From NCBI GenBank assembly GCA_963667175.2, contig CAXXXF010000006.1, positions 64,001 to 128,000 on the forward strand: a stretch of 64,000 bases of DNA. The letters run 5' to 3'. Position numbers and translations under genes: made by a program. The notes under the pieces are model-generated. The model saw only the letters and a list, made by a program, of their open reading frames with translations. It was not told the origin of the DNA and did not search any database. Shown in pieces: positions 51,598 through 59,039 of this stretch (position 1 is the stretch's first letter; every line of letters starts with the position of its first letter). Origin of the DNA: Candidatus Latescibacterota bacterium. GTDB taxonomy: Bacteria; Latescibacterota; UBA2968; GCA-2709665.

Positions 51598-51769
51598 TTA
51601 TATGCCCCTTCCGAAACCCTAAAATCGACACTTCCAGGTGGCTCCATTATGCCGATCATGGGTGGCCCCATTAGGGCGATCCGTGACAGACGGTACGACG
51701 CTGGAACGCCGCACAGAGTGTTTCCTGGCCTCTGAGAGGCGCAGAAACAAGAACCAGCGCTGGGGGGGG

Positions 51770-51880
51770 GATCGGTCAGGTCTTCATACCGGAGGTGTCT
51801 GCCGTCCATATTCGCGGCTGTATGGCCCATCTGGTCGATGGTATCCAGATGCCCCGTAGCGTAAATGGATGTGATATATG
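51770..51880 (-). pseudogene. C-terminal remnant of an IS1595 transposase
   Basis: LDTIDQMGHTAANMDGRHLRYEDL parallels FNTLAQMEWIARAMAGKRLKYKEL at about 56440-56520. Confidence 0.6.
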
Positions 51881-51932
51881 AAGTGGGGTTCTGCGCTCCT
51901 GTGCGAAGCAACACGGATCAACACAACTACAT

Positions 51933-52796
51933 TCAGTCAGTAATGAGCGCAAACTCGCCTGACTCCAAGTAATCTTCGATCTCCTTATCGAAAGGGCAGA
52001 TTGATGTTGTATGTATATGGAGACCGGGAGTACCGTCGCGTATATACTTCTGCGAATAGAGCTCAATACCGCCGATGAAGTAACCTACCCGAATCTTCTT
52101 CTCCTTTGTATCGAGGAAATAGTCTCGCACTCCCTTCTGGAAAAACCTGTGATTTTCGGTCCGGCCATATTGGATTGGACCGCCGACACTACTATAGCAC
52201 TCGTCCAAGCATATCGACTTCAGAGCTCTCAAGACGTTTTTACTTGTGGGGGATTGCTGGCCAAGCTCATTGGTTGCAGCTTCCGTAGCCTCTCGATCAC
52301 CAAAGAAGGACACCTCAATGTCCTGAAGCTCCTGCTTAATTTCCACTTCAAGGTGATTGCGGATAGGTTTGAGCGACATTAAGAAGCACTGCTGCTCGCG
52401 TTTCTGTGGGCACTTGCCAACTAGGATTACTTGGCCCGTGCCGTGGGAAGCCATCACCCTGCAAACTTCACCTCCGACATTCTTGAGTATGTAAGCTACA
52501 ACCTTTACTACTTCTTCAAGAGATGGATCCATATAACCCGGCGCGAACTGTAGATTGCCGAGCAGAGTCATTAGATGATCCTTTACCGAGACGGTCGATA
52601 CGAAACTCCCAACCAAGCCAACGCCTATGCTTCCATCGTGGAAGGGTTTGTTTGAGGGCTTAGGTGGGAAGATACGTAGCGGTAGAGGGTGGACCTTGAG
52701 GCCAGTATCTGCACTTCCCTGTTGGGGGAAAGAAATGCGTGAGTCCGATGCGAGATGAAGGGAATCGCCATTTCGCCAAGCCGCGACCAAGGTCAT
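51933..52796 (-). CDS. Ntn-hydrolase/proteasome-beta-like protein
   Basis: N-terminal M-T-L...LASDSRIS...K; C-terminal SVGGPIQ; RBS AAGGAG. Confidence 0.6.
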   Translation of the reverse strand: MTLVAAWRNGDSLHLASDSRISFPQQGSADTGLKVHPLPLRIFPPKPSNKPFHDGSIGVGLVGSFVSTVSVKDHLMTLLGNLQFAPGYMDPSLEEVVKVVAYILKNVGGEVCRVMASHGTGQVILVGKCPQKREQQCFLMSLKPIRNHLEVEIKQELQDIEVSFFGDREATEAATNELGQQSPTSKNVLRALKSICLDECYSSVGGPIQYGRTENHRFFQKGVRDYFLDTKEKKIRVGYFIGGIELYSQKYIRDGTPGLHIHTTSICPFDKEIEDYLESGEFALITD

Positions 52797-52819
52797 TCCA
52801 TTGTCTCCTTTCTCATTTC

Positions 52820-52907
52820 ATATATCGTTCAAGAGTCCCCGAACCTGCGCAGCAGGTTTGTCTGGAGCGAAGCGGAGGCGGGGACTCGGTGCCATGTGCT
52901 GTCACGA
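52820..52907 (-). repeat. attC-like site (degenerate cores)
   Basis: gagtccccg/cggggactc stem; gcgaagc hairpin; ends GTCACGA. Confidence 0.6.
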
Positions 52908-52937
52908 ACCAAACGGTCGCAACCGCAGGAACTTTCC

Positions 52938-53648
52938 TCACGTCGTAGCGGCCCCGGGATCGAACGTCTCTCGCTCCCCATCCGAAAAGGCGTTCACGTG
53001 CCAACCGTAGACCACGTATTGGTACGATGGGATCTCCCTCGGAAAGGGGAGCGCCCGGGTGACGGAAAACGCCCGTGGGACAGGTATTCCATGAAACGGT
53101 TTCAGCGCCCTCTCGATGAACCTACCGCGGAACTTCGGGGCCGGATCAAGTCGTAGAACCCGCTGGTTGTTGTGGTCGTGTGGCAGGAGGTCACGACTTC
53201 GTTCATGATCGGGATGTGGCTGAAACTCCCTCCGGGCGAAAAGCTGATTGAATTGCCGCCGAGTGCCCGCTACGATCAGGCTTGAGGCAACCCCAGTGGC
53301 TGCCAACATCTCGAGCCGAACCAGATCGCGGAGGATTCCTATCCCCGCCTTGGCTGACTTACTGAGCCACTTCGTCTCCAGCGCGATATGAACCGCGCCT
53401 TCTGGCTCTACGACCACGAAGTCGATCCTCGGCGAATCGCCTCGCCCGGTCCGAAGCGGGGCGAGTACCGGGTGAGGGTACTCGGTTCTCGTTCGGTCTC
53501 CATAGCGAGCGAGCAGGAATTGACCTACAGCTGCGGTAAGGTACCGCTCCGAAAACAACGACTGACGCATGCACTTGTCCTCGAAAAACAGCCACGCTCC
53601 AACAGCCTCAACGAGTGATCTCAACCGATACGCAACAAACTCAGTCAT
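52938..53648 (-). CDS. putative PD-(D/E)xK nuclease
   Basis: SERYL, TEYPHP, RIDFVV...ALETKW, ILRDLVRL. Confidence 0.65.
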   Translation of the reverse strand: MTEFVAYRLRSLVEAVGAWLFFEDKCMRQSLFSERYLTAAVGQFLLARYGDRTRTEYPHPVLAPLRTGRGDSPRIDFVVVEPEGAVHIALETKWLSKSAKAGIGILRDLVRLEMLAATGVASSLIVAGTRRQFNQLFARREFQPHPDHERSRDLLPHDHNNQRVLRLDPAPKFRGRFIERALKPFHGIPVPRAFSVTRALPFPREIPSYQYVVYGWHVNAFSDGERETFDPGAATT

Positions 53649-53709
53649 GCGAGGACATCATCTCCTCCTGACACCTTCTGAACAGCCTGACGCCACTCAC
53701 CGTAATGCC

Positions 53710-53865
53710 GCCTAACTACGGGATTACCGAATAGTTACGGTAATACGTACCTGATCCGAAGATCTGCGAACGTTCGGGAACATTCCACGCTGGAGCTTGT
53801 TGCCCCGAACATGTTCAGGAATGCTTCCTATGGTGGCATCGTCTCCAACGACATCCTGCCCACCT
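53710..53865 (-). repeat. attI-like repeat, copy 3 (array start, candidate primary attI)
   Basis: About 150 bp homologous to 23206-23360; last GTT core before non-cassette DNA. Confidence 0.7.
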
Positions 53866-53959
53866 TTGATTCATTATTGAATCAAGCGGTCTTGGATTCC
53901 TAAGGGGATTATAACCCAAGATCACATTGGCTTCCCGCATCCCTGAAAAGCCATCGTAT

Positions 53960-54249
53960 CACACCTGTCCAAAATCGGTTTCAGTCTTGGACAGCATCTG
54001 GTTCACTTCCGCGAAGCAATCCCTCGACCAAGATTGCCTGAGATTCACAAAGTGCTTATTTCACGGGCTTATTGAGACGGAAACAGCACAATTATGGCCG
54101 CTGGAAACGTCACCTTGTTCTTGGACAGCATTGCGCAGACGATGGCAAACCTGGTTTTCATTATCCGGGTCAAACCCGTCCAAAATCGCCTATTGTAGCC
54201 ATTTTTCGAACCTTATCTCTGGGAATCCGACGGTTCTTGGACAGCAGTG
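53960..54249. mobile_element. 290-bp MITE, copy 2
   Basis: 9-bp TSD CCATCGTAT; same sequence as 12636-12925. Confidence 0.95.
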
Positions 54250-54740
54250 CCATCGTATGATAGACCTGCGTAATGCTTCCATTCCTTGTCAAATAATCTA
54301 CCGCGATCCCTTTTGATGGATATGTCCTCGACTGGATACATTTGCCCCTTATTTCATACTTCCCTGGCAAACGTAAAGTATCAATATCAAATTTAGCATT
54401 CTTAATGACACAGGTACCCAGATACCACGTGGAAATATGCGTGTTTATCATCCGCTCGTTCAGCATACGAGATACTTCCGGGCCTAACCCCTCAAGCTCC
54501 TCCCGCATGCAATTCGGATTCTCAAACGTAATTACCCGAAGTTCCTGTCCATCCAAGTCCGTCAGTTTTTCCGTAAGGAAATGTGGCTTGTGTCCAAAAT
54601 ACTCCTGAGCATACCAACACTTTTCATCTATCCCATTGATGATAAATCCCCTCGACGGAAACCCGTTTGGGTCTTTGATCTGTGCCTGTGCTGTCCCCAA
54701 AACCGTAAGCACCCCAGAGAAGACCAACGCAAACATCAGA
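54250..54740 (-). pseudogene. secreted hypothetical passenger protein, 3' end hit by MITE
   Basis: Signal-like MFALVFSGVLTVLGTAQA; frame runs into the MITE. Confidence 0.5.
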
Positions 54741-54764
54741 CCCCTCCAATCGCAATTTTCAATT

Positions 54765-54953
54765 TCATCCGCTCCCCTGACGATTCTTCTTCGGATCAAC
54801 AATCTTCAACTCCACGTCCATAACCACCGCCCGCAATAACTCCTCCGGCGTAGCATCAATACTCACGTCTTCTTCCATCTCTGCCTTCGTCGGTTGATAC
54901 CTGCTGTCCGCAACCTCCACAACCGGCTTCTTCCTTACAGTCTCAGAACCCAT
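54765..54953 (-). CDS. small hypothetical protein (IS1595 passenger)
   Basis: YQPTKAEMEEDVSIDATPEELLRAV; RBS AGGAGG. Confidence 0.6.
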   Translation of the reverse strand: MGSETVRKKPVVEVADSRYQPTKAEMEEDVSIDATPEELLRAVVMDVELKIVDPKKNRQGSG

Positions 54954-55394
54954 TACACCCTCCTGTTCTTCCTGCGCTCGCTTCCTCTCAGAAACCGCTC
55001 TGTGCGCTCATCCAGATCCCCAGAAGCGTCTTTGCCACCCTTCCCCTTTCGCAAAAACCCCGCACAACTTCGTTCGCGTCCTCACCCGCCTCTACGCGCT
55101 CTATCAGTGCCATTGCCAAACCCATGATACACCCCCGTTGAAAATCATCCAGAAATTTCTTGCATCCTGTCAAGCCTAAACTTATAATGCAGCGCCAGGA
55201 ACCGGAAGGCTGCCCACGCAAACCATCCTCCCCGCACATGTGTGCGGCACGGGGGTACCCCCGTAATGGGGCGGGGGTACACAAGGCCCACTTAGGGACT
55301 GATCACCCCTACCTTGTGAGTTTGCAAGATATTTCCGGTTCTTGGCTTTTTTATAACAACTTTCATGTGAGATTGTCCAAAAAGGAGGGGCCGT

Positions 55395-56003
55395 ATGTGT
55401 AAAATCGCCAGAATTACGCTCGCCTGCTTTCTACCCGGCCTACTTTTCGCCTGCTCAGGAAAAGTCACCGATCCAATGAAAATGGTTGAAATCGCAGCAA
55501 AACACGACGATCCTCATGCCCACCTTGCCGAACTCTACCGCGAAGCCGTCCTGCCAGAATTTAACGAGACAAGCAAAGGTCTAGCATGGATATATGTTGA
55601 ATACCTTACACAAGCGGCACTCAAAAACAACAGGTTTGGCTTCCTGCCCCATACTATTGAATTTCCTATCCTCGATAACGAAACAGTTACAACTGAAGGA
55701 AGCGCAATAGAAACAGCCACAGGCAAACCCTGTCGAGAATATTACGTCCGCGGACACTGCTATGTCAAAAACAGCTACGGAACAAAAGTCCGGCTCAACA
55801 TTGCCGTGCGAATGTATTCGTCCAGCGACAAAAAATGGCATCCTTATCAGGTTATTATCAAAGACCCATCAAAGCCTAAGATGTTTGACAAAATCGTTGA
55901 AATGGACGAAGGACCCTGGCGCGGATTCGAACTCCTGGCCCCCCCGGATTCCCTATATACCCAACTGGATGCCATGCTGAATGCAAACAAGAAACTGAAC
56001 TGA
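55395..56003 (+). CDS. hypothetical lipoprotein (passenger)
   Basis: LLFAC lipobox; RBS AAGGAGG. Confidence 0.7.
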   Translation: MCKIARITLACFLPGLLFACSGKVTDPMKMVEIAAKHDDPHAHLAELYREAVLPEFNETSKGLAWIYVEYLTQAALKNNRFGFLPHTIEFPILDNETVTTEGSAIETATGKPCREYYVRGHCYVKNSYGTKVRLNIAVRMYSSSDKKWHPYQVIIKDPSKPKMFDKIVEMDEGPWRGFELLAPPDSLYTQLDAMLNANKKLN

Positions 56004-56032
56004 CAACAAAAGACCGAAAGGAGAACAACGTC

Positions 56033-56326
56033 ATGACTCAGAACAATCAACACGAAAAACCGTCGCTTGATGCCAAATATGAACTTATGCACGCCAGATG
56101 CCTGGCAATAGAAACCATTCAAAATGCCATTTTAATAGATGTGCTTTCTGAGAAACCAGAACCATTGGAAGAATCGCGTAAATACTCCCAAACAGCAGGT
56201 AAAGCACTTAAAGAACTATTGGAAGGTCACGGCGGAACTCCATCCCCTGAACAGCACGAGGCTTGGAAAAGCGCCCTGAAGGTTCTTTCTGACCGTTTCC
56301 GTTTCGTTGATTCCAGGCTTCTATAA
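56033..56326 (+). CDS. hypothetical protein (passenger)
   Basis: RBS AAGGAG; 97 aa. Confidence 0.55.
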   Translation: MTQNNQHEKPSLDAKYELMHARCLAIETIQNAILIDVLSEKPEPLEESRKYSQTAGKALKELLEGHGGTPSPEQHEAWKSALKVLSDRFRFVDSRLL

Positions 56327-56437
56327 ATTCACGTTCATTCTTCTTAGATTGATCATAGGCGCGATAGAAATTATGAGGTGCCATTAATCCATCCACAGGA
56401 TCAAAGAGGATATCCAAAAAATCTCTCTTTTTCTTGT

Positions 56438-57393
56438 TCATGCCGTCAACTCCTTATATTTGAGCCGTTTGCCTGCCATGGCCCTCGCAATCCATTCCAT
56501 CTGGGCCAGTGTGTTAAATTCGCGGATGTTATGCCTGCCTGCGAATTCTGAAACTTACCGGCCCAGATGCTTTACGCTCATCTTGTGATACGTCCCTACG
56601 TACTCACGTTTCAACATGCTCCAAAAACTCTCGATTCCGTTGGTTGAACATTAGCCGTCAACATACTCACCGGCACTGTGCTTCACCTGCTCATGATGCA
56701 CCCCTGACAACCCCTTATACGCGGTAGGTTCATCGGTATACACCGTAGCGCCCGGTTCCACCCTGCTATACACAGACTGCTTCAGCGTCTTGCCGTCCGT
56801 TGACGCCGCTACCTGTGCATCAACCCGGTTCGTTTCCCGATCCTTCGCACCCACAACAGCCGCCTTGCCAACCGTACCGCGACCAGCCTTCAGCTTCTGT
56901 GATGCATGCCTTGTTTTTTTCTCGGCCTCCGAAAAACGATTCATCGACCTCCACGGGACCGGCAAAGAATTCGCCCCTCGGATTCAAACGCCTTGCGAAG
57001 ACGGTGCGCAAGATGCCAAGCTTTCTTCTGGGCAATGTCCAGATCACGATGCAGCTTCATGCTTGAAACACCCTTCAAGTTCGTTGCAAACAGGTAAATT
57101 GCAATGGCCCACGCCTGGTATCCCAACTTGGAACTCTGCATCACCGTTCCAACCTTTACAGAAAACATCGTCTTCTTCTCGCAGGCCCGACATCTGTGTG
57201 TCATCGTCTTGTGCTTGATATTCTCCTGGACGTTGTAAGAACGGCATACAGGACAATACGGGCCATCCGGCCACCTTGCCTTCTCAAACCACCACCGGGC
57301 CGTATCATCGTCCGGGAGCATCTTAAACAACTTTTTGAGCGAGGTGCCTTCTCTGTGATTCTTGCCCGGCCCTTCTGGTGTCTTCTGCTCCAT
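56438..57393 (-). pseudogene. IS1595 (ISXO2-like) transposase, frameshifted with internal stop
   Basis: Zn ribbon CPVC...CRAC, VEVDE, VYTDE, HSAGEYV split across three ORFs. Confidence 0.9.
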
Positions 57394-57507
57394 CTCAATC
57401 CTCGTTAAATTGTCCTTATCTACTTATAAGATAACAATTTAAAGCCGGAATGCCAAGAACAAAATGTGACTTGTTTGTAGAAAATCCACCCGGAAAGGAG
57501 ACACTCC

Positions 57508-57765
57508 ATGCTATATCTCATCAGCTACGACTTGAACAATCCAGAGAAAACGTACAATCGCCTCTACGACGAATTTGATCGACTCGACGCCCACCCTGTG
57601 CTCGACTCCCAGTGGATAGTCAATCTTTCTGGCACAAGCACTCGGAAAGTACTAACTCACTTCAAGAGATTTATCGACTCCGACGACATGCTCCTCGTCT
57701 TCGCAATCCCCTCCCCCGGCAGCCGCGCGGGCTTTAACCTTCCATTCAGGTGGAGCGATCTTTAG
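57508..57765 (+). CDS. stand-alone Cas2-like/ferredoxin-fold protein
   Basis: MLYLISYDL...LDSQWIV...IDSDDMLLV. Confidence 0.6.
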   Translation: MLYLISYDLNNPEKTYNRLYDEFDRLDAHPVLDSQWIVNLSGTSTRKVLTHFKRFIDSDDMLLVFAIPSPGSRAGFNLPFRWSDL

Positions 57766-58018
57766 GTTTTCAAGCAATTTCACCAACATCAACCGCTCTT
57801 CGTACGTCTCTGGATCAATTGCGATTTTTAAATTCTGCCAGTAAATTCTCATACCCTATAGCCCCCTTAAAAAGGGGGACCGTAGCCCTAAGCCAAATGT
57901 GACTCTGGGTTATAATCCCCATTCCTACGGTTAGACATCTACGCAAAATAAGTACATGATTGATCGCGGTGTTTGCTCACAGTGTAGCGACGCCCCCCCA
58001 CCGCATCAGCCGTCGCCG

Positions 58019-58038
58019 GCCCTTCGACAAGCTCAGGG
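58019..58038. repeat. REP-like palindrome
   Basis: CCCTTCGACAAGCTCAGGG; reverse complement resembles the loops of attC 21008 and 37449. Confidence 0.5.
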
Positions 58039-58176
58039 GACGGACTCGGCTTCTGCGAATCTCCCTCGAGGGGGGAGTTATTAGACCGTTTAACGGGATC
58101 GCGCGTTTACGACCTCCATTTTGGTTTCGGCTGAGCACAGGGAAGCCGCGCCAGGAGAGTCGCTCTCAAACAGACT

Positions 58177-58923
58177 TCACCTCTCCCCCCACCGATTTCG
58201 CAGTTCGATGACGGTCATCATGGTCATCTCTCCCGTGGGATCCAGTCCGGCGTCCGACTGGAACTTGCGCAATGCCTCCCGGGTGGCTGCGTTCAGTTCC
58301 CCGTCTACCGGTCCGGTTTCGTATCCCAGTCGATTCAGGATCGTCTGCGCCTCGTAGGTGTGCTCCGGCCCGGCGGGCATATCGGAGGCTTCGTCGGCTT
58401 CTTCGGGTTTCTCTTCAACCACCGCCGTGTCCTCCGAGATTAACACCCAGCGCAGGAGCCGGATCTCGAAGAAGACAGCCACGGTCGCGATCAACCACGG
58501 CAGGCCGAACAGCAGCGCGAACCCCCATCGTATCGCCAGGTCCCCTTCCCCGCCGACCGCCGTGCCGGAGCGATCGAGGACTTCGGGCGCAAGCAGATAG
58601 CGCATACACAACCAGAGTGCCGCGTGCACGAACGCGAGAACGATCGGCGTGCGGACCGGAACCCTGAGCGGCGACCTCGCGGGCCGCCAGAACCGGGCGA
58701 TCGCAAGGGTCCAGAAATCGACCAGCATCAGTAACAGCGGCGTCTCAGCGAGGAAACCGAGGGCCCGTTCAGTGGTACCGGATTCCCGAGTCCACGCCCA
58801 CCACGCTGGCGCCAGCAACGATACTGCCAGCACGATCCACGTGCCACCGCGAAGCAGCAGCGCGGTTCGAGAACGCTCAACAGTCGGCGCGGTGGGTCCG
58901 GGTTCAGGTTGAAGTCGGTTCAT
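58177..58923 (-). CDS. membrane protein with C-terminal peptidoglycan-binding domain
   Basis: Four hydrophobic segments; QTILNRLGY..GPVDG...TREALRKFQSDAGL..TG. Confidence 0.8.
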   Translation of the reverse strand: MNRLQPEPGPTAPTVERSRTALLLRGGTWIVLAVSLLAPAWWAWTRESGTTERALGFLAETPLLLMLVDFWTLAIARFWRPARSPLRVPVRTPIVLAFVHAALWLCMRYLLAPEVLDRSGTAVGGEGDLAIRWGFALLFGLPWLIATVAVFFEIRLLRWVLISEDTAVVEEKPEEADEASDMPAGPEHTYEAQTILNRLGYETGPVDGELNAATREALRKFQSDAGLDPTGEMTMMTVIELRNRWGER

Positions 58924-59039
58924 TGACAACGCTCCGTACTCTGCATTTTTCCTGTTCACCCTTCCGGGACGCAACTGACTTGGCTATATTGTAAAGTACC
59001 CGACCGCACCGTGTCCAGCAAACAATCGGGCCACGATCC

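Larger units (their letters stand above)
49161..51688 (+). mobile_element. IS21-family element
   Basis: TIRs TGTCACGGATCGCCCTAAT / ATTAGGGCGATCCGTGACA with internal repeats; no TSD. Confidence 0.92.
53904..57920 (-). mobile_element. IS1595-family transposon with passenger genes
   Basis: TIRs GGGGATTATAACCCAAGATCACATTGGCTT / AAGCCAAATGTGACTCTGGGTTATAATCCCC; 8-bp TSD ATTCCTAA/ATTCCTAC. Confidence 0.9.

Noticed and set aside
1153-53865. CRISPR array interpretation of the repeats
   Set aside because: The repeats are 70-150 bp, divergent and separated by whole genes. The only cas-like gene is a lone Cas2-like ORF.
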